Program-made: the position numbers and the translations under genes
Part shown: positions 47,966 through 61,263 of the stretch, piece by piece
How positions within the stretch are numbered: position 1 is the stretch's first letter
Layout: each line of letters begins with the position of its first letter
The notes under the pieces: model-generated
The model's input: only the letters and a program-made list of their open reading frames with translations
Database searches by the model: none
Told to the model about the DNA's origin: nothing
Source of the DNA: Paragordius varius
Taxonomy: Eukaryota; Animalia; Nematomorpha
Assembly (NCBI GenBank): GCA_964247055.1
Contig: OZ176055.1
Location: 1,116,001-1,180,000 of the forward strand
Reading direction: 5' to 3'
Length of the DNA stretch: 64,000 nucleotides

Positions 47966-49763
47966 ATGGTTAAATTTTTAATAAGCTTCTTGCTTTTTGC
48001 TTTGGTATCAAGAAAAGATGCTTTACTCTGGAAGGGAAATGTGACGAAAGACATCGGTAAATTATATTAAACTGAATCACATTCGATTGTTAAAATCCCT
48101 TATTTTGACAATTTAAATTGATTATAAAACTCTTTGAAATACTTACTTTAATCAATCATTTTAATGTATCTTAGTGTGCCGAATGACATCAGCATCAGAC
48201 TGGGGTGTCAGAAATTTGAGAGTCTGCTTATCTGGATTTAGTACTGGTGAACATTCAGGTTACTCCTTAACAGCATATTTCGATGAACCCATTTACAGAA
48301 ATGAATCTTCCCTTAAGTATCCTTACGAACTTTGGCGTTATGCAAACGCAACACATCTGCAAGAAGAGTATGGACCCGTGCGCAAAAATGGACACAATAA
48401 AGTTTTTTTTGCTAAAATTAATTTTATATCACCAAAAAATGATATTTTTTATGATGTATTTGAGTAATTTATTTATGTTGTAATTAGAATACCACGTTTG
48501 CACTGGAAAATTTGGTATTTGAACAGGAATACATGCTAAAAGTTACCGCTATACAAAGCAATGTTAAAATGGGCGCTTTTTCTGATTTTATTCGTTTTAG
48601 AGGTAAATTTAGTAAAGTCAGCAAAAAATATTTTTTATAAAAAGGAAGTAAAAGGAAACTTATTTGTAATATTTTATAATATAGTTGCGGTCAATGGAGA
48701 AGATTACAAACTTGAACAAAATGGTATGTCATTCTAGTTGGTTTACAGTAAAAAATAAATTTATACAGACAAAATGAAAAAAAACTAAATTTATTTATAG
48801 CTATAATAGGTAATGCAAAATAATGAATAAGATGTAAATTGTTAATAATTCCAATTTACATTTCGAAATTTAAATATACTTTATGTAGGGAATAATTAAA
48901 AAAGTAGTGCGGTTGTCTTAATTTTTTAGTTTTCGTTTTGTCCGTATAATTTCATTCTTACTGTAAATTAGTAAACTTTGTTAAATTTTTAATGTGCAAT
49001 TATAATAAACTTCAGATATTTCAAGTTGGTTGCCCAAAATTACGAAAGCCACTGCGACTTTCACAAACAATGGGACAACTAAGGAATTAGTTCTTTGGTT
49101 TGGGAATCTTATGTCACAAGAAATGGCTAAAAAACAAGGAATAGCTGAGTTTGAAATATTGTTGAACCAACCCGAGAAAAAGGAAGAAGCTAGATTTGGA
49201 AGAGTTGATGTAAGATGTTAAACGCTTTTTTAAGCCAATTGTTATTTAAAATCAGAAAGGACCGGGTCTGTTAAGCATAAAAATGGCTTCACGAGCAGCA
49301 TTTTTAGCTTAAAAAATACGGCAGGGCAGCCACATTCGAAAACATAAGGGGTATCCATAGATTTTTTAATACATAATATAAATATAAAATACTTAAAAAA
49401 TGACAAAAAATCTAACTGGAGTTTGTTGCTATAAGAAAGAGATTACTCCCAAATTTATTAAAGAAATATTTCCTTCTATAATTTTGAGAGAGTAATTTTC
49501 GAATTCGTTATTTAGTATAATACCCCTGATTTTTGGCAAATCAAATTGGCTTTTTATATTTAACATAATTAGGATTTAGTTTGTTTGAAATAAATCCCTA
49601 TAAAAATTATTGTATGTAGTTGAGAGCTGGAACATACCGATTCATAAACTTAAATCCTGGCTTGAGTTATGAAGCTGTTTTGCGCCCAAGATACGAAAAC
49701 ATGGCACATGCTTCCACGGAATACTTATCTGAAAGAATTTATGTCGATTTGGGTCTGTGCTAA
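47966..49763 (+). CDS. Uncharacterised secreted protein with two fibronectin type III-like modules (~269 aa, 6 exons)
   Basis: Exons 47966-48056, 48175-48401, 48488-48602, 48685-48723, 49016-49209 and 49620-49763 join in frame via GT-AG. Signal peptide MVKFLISFLLFALVSRKDA. FN3-like strand motifs FALENLVFEQEYMLKVTA and YRFINLNPGLSYEAVLRP. The 3' end is uncertain: stop at 49761-63, or splice at 49752 to a short exon at 53922-53959. Confidence 0.72.
48746..48963. mobile_element. Family-B MITE in an intron of the FN3 gene
   Basis: TA|CAGTAAAAAATAAATTTATACAGACAAAATG ... CGTTTTGTCCGTATAATTTCATTCTTACTG|TA. Confidence 0.75.
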
Positions 49764-51849
49764 ATCAGGAATAACTATTTTGAATTATGTTTAGTTTTAT
49801 TGATCACAAAAAAAATGTTTTATTTCAATAAATTAGTCAAGCATCTCTATATTTAAAAATACATTTGATAAAAAGTTCAAAAGCGGCCTCCTAAAGTATT
49901 ATACATTGCTTGTTTGTAGATAAGATATACCAAAAAAGCCCTATTATTGGTGGTTAATAGCAGAAAAAATTGGAAAAAAATTAACCTATATTCCAGCAAA
50001 TATTCCCTTTCCCGTGTATGCATTTGGCAATGATTAATGTAATAAAACTAGCAAAGTATACTTACTCATTCTGTAATACCATAAAATGCAATAGTAATAA
50101 AACAGTAAAATGGCATCTTTCACGTAAAAATGAGTTAATAATTTTTTACGATATCTGTTTTTTCTTTAAGTATATTTTTAAGGAGCACGTCAAGTTTTAG
50201 TTAAGGATTTAATACATTTGGACAAAAAAATATTGAGTCATCCTAACATACTAAATCATATACGTTTGAAAATTTGGAAGTCTCAAACTTTGTTTTACTC
50301 TTTATTACCTTTTAGGGTTGTTCTGTATCCCAAAACAATTTAAAATTTGTATATGTTTTAGGAATGATGTAGGCCAAATTTAAAAATGCATTAGCTTTTT
50401 AGGCGGCTGCTTTAAATTTTTTAAAAATGTAAAATTGTGAATTTTTCCCTCTTTTTTTCTTTAAATTGTCTTAAATCACTAATTTAACAGGCTATATATC
50501 GCATGGTAATAGAACAACATGTAAATAATTAACTTTAAAAGCTCTCAATTTACATTTTACCAGAAAATACTAATTATTTATTGTATTTTCAACAGCTGTT
50601 TTTTCCATATAATTTTGAGCTGCAATTACTATACAAAAATAATCCGATACTTCAGTTACTTTTACATAACAACTGTTGAACAAATTGTTTAGTAAATGGT
50701 TAAAGTGATTTCAAAACTTACATCATTTTTCATTCGGTGATTCAAACTTTAAAATTATAAAATTGTAAAATTTCAAATCTTCGTTTAATAAACGCTAAAG
50801 GTTACTTCACTATTTATTAACTATTTAAATACACTTTAACCTTTTTTACAAAAGCAAATAGGGGGCGCCATACAATATATTACCTCACTGGGTGCCTCAG
50901 CTCGCTATGCCACTGCTCTAAATGTATTTTAAAATGAACTCAGATGAGTATTTTATCCATGAAAAAAATAATCCTAGCTTATGAATATATATATATATAT
51001 ATATATATAATTTCAGAAAATGGTCGGTCGGTTACTTATATACTATGGAAGCATGCCTTTTTTCCATCCAGCCATAATTACAGATCATATCATTTTTGCG
51101 TCAAAAGCAATACCTTTTTAACCAATTTCTACATATTTTTTCAAGCAAACGCATTTTTTGCATTAAAGCCTTTTTGTTATCCAAAAGTAACTAAAAATAT
51201 TGCGTTTGCTTGAAAGGGTGTTGGTTTAAAAGGTGTTGTGTTTGATCGAATAGTTGCTATCAAAATAGTTTTTCAATATAAGATCAATGTTTGTGATTTT
51301 GTTGTAAAAAATCAAATGCGCTCAGTATAATTGGAATTTTGTTTTAGCCAATTAAATCTTGCTGAAGAGTTTCTTCATGAAAAATTTTATTAAATTTTAA
51401 TTGCTCTGATATAATTGACACCTAAATTTTAAAAAATTAAGGTGAGGCATGACTAGGCTTTCTCTTTCTCACACTCTTTCATTTATAGTTAAAACTGTAT
51501 AATATTTATTTAGGAACTTTTTTTACAAAATTTATCAATTAGATGTCAAGGACATCGATTATAACTAAATAAACACAGATTGTGATTTATTTTGAAATAT
51601 ATTATAGTTAATTTTTAATAGGTATTAATCAAATAATAAACATCTTTATTCACGCCCCTACTTAAACAAATACAGCATACTTTAAATGGGACAATCATAT
51701 TTAAATAATACCAGGCTAGGGTAATAAGGCATAACTAAAAATAAATAAATAAATTAATTTTTGAATATTATTTATGCTAGCCCTATATCGCAAAAAAATG
51801 TTCTCGTTTATATATGTAAATAGAAATTAATAATGTGCAATATTTATAA

Positions 51850-52054
51850 CTTAGGTGTCCAACATAAATGGGTTCGCGGGCCGCATTCGAAATATATATG
51901 GGCATTCATAAAATAAAACTCAAAAATGCAAACACAATATAATAATTTTTCCAGTTCTTGCCAATTGGATAGACTCATTTAGAAAAATTGTTCGGGAAAT
52001 ATATATCAATTTTATTAAGATTTTGTGGGCATATTGCCCGGTTGGCCACCTCTG
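51850..52054. mobile_element. hAT-type MITE with 8-bp TSD
   Basis: ATTTATAA|CTTAGGTGTCCAAC ... GTTGGCCACCTCTG|ATTTATAA; 14-bp imperfect TIR; internal CGCGGGCCGCA motif. Confidence 0.75.
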
Positions 52055-55000
52055 ATTTATAACAATGAGTAAAAGTACAATTTTTATTGATATTTTATAT
52101 ATTTTGAAACATGCGATATGCCGAAAACGACATTTGCAATTTGGAAAATTCCAGGTAAGAAAATAGTTAAGTTAAGGCAAGGCTATGTTGATCATGTTAG
52201 GGTGCTTAAGCAAGATTCCTGTAAAAACATACATAGTTAACCAAAATAGGCAATTTAGTTTAAATTTTGTATAAATGTCAATTAAATGTTTAACTATCAG
52301 TAGTGGACCTTTTCTTATTAACTAAACAAAAGTAAAACAATAAGGCTAGGTGTATTAAATTTTTACTATGTTTGCTTAGGGACATAAATTAACTATAGTA
52401 AATGAAGTTACAAGGAGTTAAGTATTACAAATAATATTGTAATTATTTTTCATTTAAAAATTGAAAAGTGTTGATTAAAGGATCATAAAAATATTATATT
52501 GAGTTCATTATTATTATTCGGGGTGGCAGATAGGGAGTGGACTGGATTTTAAGCTGGGCTAGGTATAGAAACTTAATTGATATTTCGCATAAAAAGTTAC
52601 ATCTTATAAAAAAAATTAGCTACAAATATGAAATTTAAATTATTTCCTGCTCAGTAGAAATATTTAAAAAATTGACTATTATCAAAGGCGAATTCAATTA
52701 TACAGTTATTTCTGCTAAAAATTGACGTTACTTAGTGTTTTTGGAGGGGGCAAAATAAAAAAGCAATACTGGTATCACCACCCCAAAAGCTTGAGAATAC
52801 AGAACCCGGTCTCGATGGACTAAAATCAGTTTACTGTTTTCACATGCTTCAAATGTAATTTACTCCGATTTAACTTAAAATTATAATCTAAAGTGTCATT
52901 GTTAAATATTCAGGTGTCAAACCCTTCAAAAACAATTTAAATTTTGTAAAAATTTTATTGATACCAAAAAATATCTAACAATTTCCTTTGAAAACTTTTT
53001 TTGCCGCAATAGGTTTAATATTATTATGATACAAACTTCCGAATTCCTAAAATTGGATTTGTATTGTATTGATGAAAATAAGTAATATAAGTATAAAAAT
53101 ATTTTAAATCTTCTTTGCATTATTTTCATATATATCAAAAAATGGATTTAAATATTATCAAATATTATATAACTCATTCTAATTTAATAATTATAATATA
53201 TGATTAAATAGTACGGCCACCCAAAATTATAACCCTAGGGGTTACTGATTTGCTAACAAGCAATTAAAGTAAAAATTAAATTTTTTGATTGTGACACTTA
53301 TCTTGTTAAAACTTGAACGGTATAAAACAATTTCATATACAGAGTGCACAAAATCAGGGATATTAAATATAAAATATCCTAAAAAAATGTGAATATTTTG
53401 AACCCTACCAGTCATTAGATAATGTTGGCGTTCGTTGTTCAAATTTAAAAAGTCATAAAATTGGCGCGCTATGCTTTACATTTTTCATAAAAGTTAAATG
53501 CTTCTTTCCAAAAAATCTCATTGCAAAATATCGTATACTATAGTAAAAAATAAAAAATTTAAATTAAATTTGAATTATCGGTTTAAAAATAAGTTAAAAC
53601 CGATATTTGATAGGAATATTATTATAACATCAAAAAAATATTTTTAAAAAAAACAATACTTTTGTTAAATTATGGTATTTTGGGAGCATTACTAACAGTA
53701 GAAAAATACTTTAAAATATAATTAATATCCATTTTCTATATAAATCGATGATGATAACATGTCTACCATATATAAATTAAGATTAAATATTTGTTGACAT
53801 AATGTAAACATAAAAATATTTTGACGAAATATATATTTTCTAATAGTAAACTGTATCAGTATTAGCATGGTGGTTTTAGTTGAGACAAGTCAACAAAAAT
53901 ATTTCCACTTTTTTGTCCTAGGTATAGAAAAAGCGCCTAATTTGCCCACATATGGCTGAATGTATATTTTTGAACGAAGAAGATAAATGCTTCAAAATAT
54001 CGTTAGCATGTGGATACAACAAGGGTTGTGTGACTGCTTTTTCAAAAAGTCCGGTCACACATGACCACTTTTTACTTAATTAAATATAATGTGATATTAA
54101 ATTGTAAAAATAATGTTCGAAAGATATTTTAACTGATAATGTCAGGTTTTTTTTTAAGTTTGTATTATTTTTTTGATATTTATAATTTAACAATATTTTC
54201 AATCAATATAATGAAAAATTTTGTTTTCAAACGGGTTTTGCAACATGTTTGTGGCCTTCTGAATCTTCGAGTACATAGCTTTCGATACCTGATATTTCAA
54301 ATAAAATTTTTCCTCGTTTACGCTCTCTTTCATCATTAAAACATCCAATTTTATTGGTTCACATATATGGAATAATTGCTTTCGAACTGATTTTTTTGTT
54401 TTCGAGCTTAAATGTTTATGTTATAAGGATGCTAAACATTATAATATATTTTCTAAAATATATAAAAAAAACAAAATCCTACCATCCAAAAAAATATTTA
54501 TTAGCAATTTTTCAAAAAACACCTGTTTTTTAAATGACCATGGTCAAAAAATAAATAGTCCTTGACTTGGACTTGGTTGTGCCCATTAGTTAATGAGCTA
54601 GGGTTGTGACCTAGATGACCATGGCCACGACCACAAAAAAGTGCCTAGATCAATTTTTTTTAATTTTTAGAAAAACAAAACCTTATATTATTTATATGTG
54701 TATTGTTTTGTTTTAAATATCATATGATATACATTTTTTCTTTACTAACTAAATCATAATGAAATATTCATCAATCGTCGATTCCTTTAACAATATTCGT
54801 GGGGATCAAATAATAAATAATAATTGACAAGGATACCGAAAATCATTTTTTATTAATTATATTAACACATCTTATGATTAGACTACCGAATATATTATCT
54901 TTACACATAATACAACCAATTATAAAAAATATTAAAAATTTAAAAATTAATGTCATTGTGACCGATAATGCAGCGAACATGAAGGCTGCAGGAAATTTTA

Positions 55001-55080
55001 TATAATAAAATATCCTAATATAAATAGTTTTCAACAAATTAAAGTCGGAGGTGATGACCCCAGGCCTGCATATAACACTC

Positions 55081-57220
55081 GACAACAATATTTTCTGCCA
55101 CTCGAGTTTTTTGCATTCATCGTACTATCATTTCAACAGTAATTTGAAATAAAAACTATAATGCCATCTAAGAATTTTGTATGTGATTTCTTCGTTTATG
55201 CGCCCTCTTTATCAAAACTGGTAAAAATGTTTTCTTTTAAAATATACAACAAATGCCCATTTGTAATATATCATTCATAATAATGAAAACTCTTTAAAAT
55301 GCAAATATTTTTACATCGTTTGTTAAAATATGACATAGGAAGCGACAAACTTGCAAAGCGAGAGCGTTTTTAATATATTTTAAAACTAATGGATGAAAAT
55401 AGCTTAGTCTAGATGGCAATGAATGTCCAAAAATAACACAGGAAGTTTTTTTAGATTAAAACACTTATTTATTGCTTTTATGTCCAAAACAGCCATTTTT
55501 AAGTTTTTCGTTTTTTAAAAAGTTACCATCTCATTAATAGTAATTATTTTCTTTAGGCTTATAATTTAAAAATTTCAAAAACTAAAAACATAGTTTAAGG
55601 TCTTTTTTTGTTTTTTCAACGATTATGTGATTAATTTACAGTTATAACTATACATTTTATCCACCGGTAAAATAATTTTGATAATAATAATTTTTATAGG
55701 TAAACCAAAAACTTTAGGTTGTTTATGAATTTTTTACTAATGTAACCCTTATAATTATATGAAAATATATTAAATAATTTTTTAAATAGTTTGTCTGTTA
55801 AATTTTTTGTCATATTTAAGGGTTTATTATTTTAACCATATAAACCAGAATAATTTTTACATCAGATTGATTTAAATGACCAGCTACTGTTTGAAGGATA
55901 GAGTTTTTCGCGCGCTTTCGATTGGTATTAAATACATGGCTCTATGTTTAAAAATTTTAATTTTGAAAATTTCAAGTTTAATGTTAAGTCGGGCCATAAA
56001 TTATCGATACTAATAAAAATTATTCTTATTAGACCAATTATTTTTCAGTTATACTATTTATGTATATTAATGAAATTTTTTATATTTACATGAATGGCAG
56101 TTAAAATAGTCAAAATTTATTGTCTAGTACACTGGACAACAAATTTTTCTGCCACTCGAGTTTTTTGCATTTTCTGATATTTAGTATCATTTTAACAGTA
56201 AATCTGTATTAAAAATTATAATTCGATGGAAGAATTTAGTATAATTTTATTTTTTTAATTATGCGCCCTCTTTATCAAAATTATACTAACAAATGTTTTT
56301 CTTTGAAAATATACAAGTAAAGCTCATTTGTAATATATCATTCGAAAGAATAATAAAAACTCTATAAAATGCAATATGTATTACATCGGCAGTTAATATT
56401 GGACACAAAGAGCGACAAACGCGCGAAGCGAGAGCATTTATTTTAATTATTATATTTCTAAAACTAATGGATGAAAATAGCTCAAACTTTGTTTAGATGG
56501 TGATGAATGTACAAAAAAGATAACACAAGAAGTTTTCGATTAAAACATTTTTTATTGCTTTTATGTCAATCCAGCCATTTAGTTTTTTTTTTGTTTTTTA
56601 AAAATTACCATCTCATCAATATTAATTTATTTTCTTTACGAGGCTGATAATTTCGAAATTTTAAAGATAAAAACAAAGTTTAAGGTGTTTTTGATCTTTT
56701 ATAGCCATTATGTAATAAATTTACAATTATAACTAGGCATTTTAGTGTCCACTATATAAAATATATATGATAAATAATAATTTTTATTAAAAAAGCAAAC
56801 CAAAAGCTTTTTCAAACATTTTTTTTATTTCTTAATATAACCCTAATAATTATATTAAATAATTTATATGATTTTATTAGTTTGTCTGTGAAAATTCTTG
56901 ATTTATTTAAGGATTGAAAATTTCGACCATTTATGTCCAAATAACTTTATCCGATTGATTTAAATAACTAACTACCATTTAAAAGATGCAGTTTTTTGCG
57001 CTCTTTCGAATGATATAAAATACATGGCTTCATATCTAAAACTTTTAATTTTGAAAATTTCAAGTTTAATGTTAATTGGGGCCATAAATTATCGATACAC
57101 CCTAATAAATAAATTCTTAGGTGTTATACCAATTATTATTTAAGATATACTATTTATGTACTTTACTTAATTAAATAAAAATGAATGGCAGTTTAAAAAG
57201 TCAAAATTTCTTGTATAGTA
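55081..57220. repeat. Tandem duplication of a ~1.05-1.09-kb unit (diverged)
   Basis: GACAACAA.ATTTTCTGCCACTCGAGTTTTTTGCATT at 55081 and ~56136; GGGCCATAAATTATCGATAC and ATGAATGGCAGTT at matching offsets. Confidence 0.85.
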
Positions 57221-58255
57221 TAATCAAATATCTCAAAAAAATTTCTATTGAAACTATTTGCAAAAATTTCATATGAATAAAATATTAAAAAACATTTAAT
57301 CAAAAACCTAATAGACTTTTTATATAGATACACCTGAAGAATATTTAGCCAACATGACAAATGCATTGGCTAAATATAAATTTAATGCAAAATAAACAAT
57401 TTTTTGTGTTAATGTTAGAAGTTATTTTTAAAAAAATTTATTTAAATTTAATTAGAATAAAAAAATACGATATATCGGATCCAAAATGTTGTAAATAAAA
57501 ATGGCGGCAAAATAGTTTGATAGTGAGTTTTTTAAAACTAAATATTATTTAGATTTGACTATTATTATAATTTTTAATAGGATAGATGCACTTTTAATAG
57601 TTTTATACTAATATAGTTTAAAGATCTGCGTCATTAATCGCCCCAATTTGAATTCAAAGTTTCAAGAAAACATCTCCATTTTAGACTGGTCAGTTGCTTT
57701 TTATACATGCCTGAGAATTTTAGCAAAATTTTTTGAAATGAAGCTATTTCGTTTCATAAAATTCTTAATATGTGCGCAAATTTTAAGATTTTTCAATGAG
57801 CAATTGTAAAGTGTATAAATCGTTCTTATATATCTCAATAGACCTAAAACTAAAAAGACCATAAATATATATTAACAGCCCGATTTTACACATTCTAAAA
57901 TAAAAATTAATTGCGAATCTCAGACATTTTCCGTTTATTTTGAAAAAACTAGTCTATTCACACAGGTTCTAAAAATAATTTTTATATTATATTGTTTAAA
58001 ATTAATGATATTTTTTGAATGAGGCGGTTAGATCATCAAAAAAAATTATTTAGCATGTGCGCACTTTCACCGAAGTAATACAAAAGTGGTTATAACAATC
58101 TCAAATCATTCGTAAACCTTAAGAAGAAAATTATTATGGAAATTCTAGCTAGTTCAGAATGTATATATTTCATGAAGATCTTTTTCTGCGTGCACTGTGT
58201 TATAACTCAAAATTACAATTGTGAAAAAAAAAATATTCTAAAAATTGAAGTATAT

Positions 58256-60988
58256 CACAGTGTCCACAAAAATACCCTTTGAAATATATACAGTCTCACA
58301 GGAAATGGTATCATTATTGGTGCTTTTACATTTTGCCCTTAAGAGTGACTTAAGAAAGTTAATTACGCTTTTGTGGTAACTGCTCCATATCAAAAAAATG
58401 GCAAAGTTTGCACATATATTTTATCAATTAAATTTTTTTGGTGATCAAATGCTCATTCCAAAATATATCACTCAACGCATAAATATAACATATTTATTTT
58501 AGTCCTATGATTCGTATTTGAGGCCTATATGCCAGGCTCTAATATTTCTAAAAATAGGAAATTTGAACCATTGTTTAAAGTTTGAACTCGTATATCATTG
58601 CACCCTGAAATATTAAAAAGATTAATTTTACTGAAAACAAATTTTATGGAAAAACCTTAAGATAAAAATTTAGTCATCAATGACATTTAAATAGGTAAAA
58701 ATAAAAATTATCAAAATAAACCACTTTTTAGTTTATATCAAAAATATGTAAATAAATAATTAGCTTTAAAATAAAATGAACAAGATATTTTGCAAAAATG
58801 TTTTAAAAATGGCATTGAAGTAGTTTGTTAGGGAGCTTTTTCATTGCTAAATTTTATTAAGATATTTTAAAATTTTTATTAGCATAGAAGCATAAATTTA
58901 AATTGTAATCGTTTCTGTTGGAATTTACAAAAATAACAACTTAAATTGGTCGGGGTTCTGTAGACCAGTTTGAATCGATATATATACTACATATAAAAGG
59001 CAATACAATTAAACCCGAATTTTTCGGCCCTTGTAAACTATTATTTTAATTTAAATAAACGTTTTTAAATTGCGTGCGAAAATTTTGAATATATATCAAA
59101 TTTGAAAAATAAAAAAGTAATTTTTAAAAAAATGGATTTATTAAAAATCTATTTTATCGCAATATTATGTTGAAGTGCTCTTCATAGCATTTTGAGGCAT
59201 GATACAAATGGTATCAAAACGCTTTAAATATAATAAATACACCTCTATATAATTTTATGATCCAGAACATTTCTATTTTTGTTCTATACAAATTGTCTAC
59301 AAAAAAACGAACCTTTAATTTAAATTACGAGCTAATATGAATATTTAGCATTATCAATTTGCTTGAAATGGTTTCTTAAACGTCCCCGTTGGGTCCAATA
59401 ACTTGGTTAAAGTGTAAACCCGCGGATTATATCGACATTACACCTAATAACTGTGTTTAATGATAATAATTATAAGGTTTACATCGAAAAAAAATTATGT
59501 CATGGTTGGCGTGAAGGCACAATACATAAAATGTAATGACGTACTTTCTTATGAATAAATGATGAGGATAGAATAGTTAGAAATGCGGATCAGATATGAC
59601 CCATAGATTCGCCTTCGAAACCCGATGATGCAATACAAGCAGAAAGGTACCCAACCAAACTGCTGAGGTCCCCCGATAGATTCTGAGGGGATTGAAAATA
59701 ATAGAGTTATTTATAGCAAATTTCTTATACTTATATATGTTATGATATTGTAAGCATGCAATAGATTTACATAGCACTTTTTATTGTATATATATTAAAT
59801 ATGTTATTGTAAGCATGCAAAATATTTATACTTTCTAATATTATATTGCGCAAATTGTTATAATGTTTGAATGTATAGTAAATGTGTTTTAGGAAACAAG
59901 TTATATAAACACCATAACGGCACAAAAACTATAATAATATTTTAATTGTTTAATAAATTACCTTTATCCCATGATGGTGTTCCATAAAAGAAAATGGCAA
60001 AATTTGCGCATATTTTTCAAATATTGTTTTTTACCAAATAAAATTTTAAAGCAAACGAATTAATTAAAATTCTGAGGGGATAGAAATTTTCGGAATTATC
60101 GTTTTATATAGAAAAGGTGTTTTATGATATCAAAAAGCGTTTTTAATCCTTTTCCATTATGAGTCAAAATAGTATGATGTAGGCTTCAACAAAGTTTTTT
60201 ATTATTATATTAATAAAATTTATGCATTTTTTAAAATATTCCTTTAGTTCACATCGGAATTTACATATTTTATTCTTTAGGACTAACTCATTTTAGAAGA
60301 GCTAAAAAAATTTGGGACTTTTGCCCACATCTAAAAATAATATTTTAAAAAATATTCTTTTGCATTTTATAGGTAGTATATGTTATATTACCTGATATTT
60401 TTTGGATAAAGCCTCTAGCTCTCTCCCCAAAAATTTTAATTAACACTTTATCTAAATGCCTCAGACAATATTAAAGTTTAAAATATTTTGAAACAAACAG
60501 TTCTAATATGCTTCTATACTAATAAATATAGTGTTTATTTGATTCTAAGGCTAAAAAATTCGGTTTACAATATTATTATATTATAATATAAACAGAAAAG
60601 TGGTATATTTTACCTTTTTAGATTTAGCTTATACACACATGTCATGTTAGCTAATAACTTATTTTGGTAGGACCTTTGAATTATTAATATCAAGTATTTT
60701 TGAATAAATTTTTTTATTTCGGTTCATTAACGTAATATAAGTGCAAACTTTTGTCAAGGTTTCGATTTATTTTATTTCTGAGAATATCTAATTTTAAACA
60801 AGCCTGGGATCCAACTACCCCAATTTAAATTAAGGTAGTGAAATAATTGGTGTTGTATCTAAGTGTTAACAAAATGATGCAATTTCGGCATTTTCTGATA
60901 TGGGGCACCTACTAAACTGTAATATTTTAAATCACTCATTAGGGTCAAAACCAAAGTTACGATGATAAATTTGATGCATTTTCGTATC

Positions 60989-61040
<52 letters not shown>

Positions 61041-61067
61041 ACCAGGCTATTTTTTGTGGACACTGTG
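58256..61067. mobile_element. Family-E non-autonomous TIR element (~2.8 kb)
   Basis: CACAGTGTCCACAAAAATA (58256) and TATTTTTTGTGGACACTGTG|TA (61067), with ~150-200 bp of degenerate TIR homology (GCTCCATATCAAAAAATGGCAAA versus TTTCGGCATTTTCTGATATGGGGC). A (TA)n expansion sits inside the right TIR. Confidence 0.6.
60991..61036. repeat. (TA)n microsatellite; similar tracts at ~743-770, 3797-3818, 28590-28636 and 44627-44658
   Basis: Direct dinucleotide runs. Confidence 0.9.
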
Positions 61068-61263
61068 TAATGCGCCTCAAAGGCTAAAGAAAGCATCCGC
61101 TTGATCCTTAAATACTTTTCAAAAATACTTAACGCTCGGGGTAATAAAATTATCCCAAAAAGTAATGATTTGTTAACAATTTTATGGTTAAATATTAACA
61201 TGATGTATAAAAAGAAGAAATTTTGATATATCATAAAAACATGTGAATATATACCTGTCCAGC

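Noticed and set aside
52105-52160. Possible small exon ending in a strong donor (CCAG|GTAAG)
   Set aside because: No convincing acceptor and no partner exon or homology; it could be a UTR exon but this is unsupported.
59600-59690. GC-richer stretch reading DSPSKPDDAIQAERYPTKLLRSPDRF*, reminiscent of a Gypsy integrase tail
   Set aside because: Too short, with an upstream in-frame stop and no RT or integrase motifs or LTRs nearby; it lies inside a TIR element.
61243-61263. GTG start proposed by the ORF track
   Set aside because: Eukaryotic gene; the in-frame ATG at 61264 directly begins the signal peptide.
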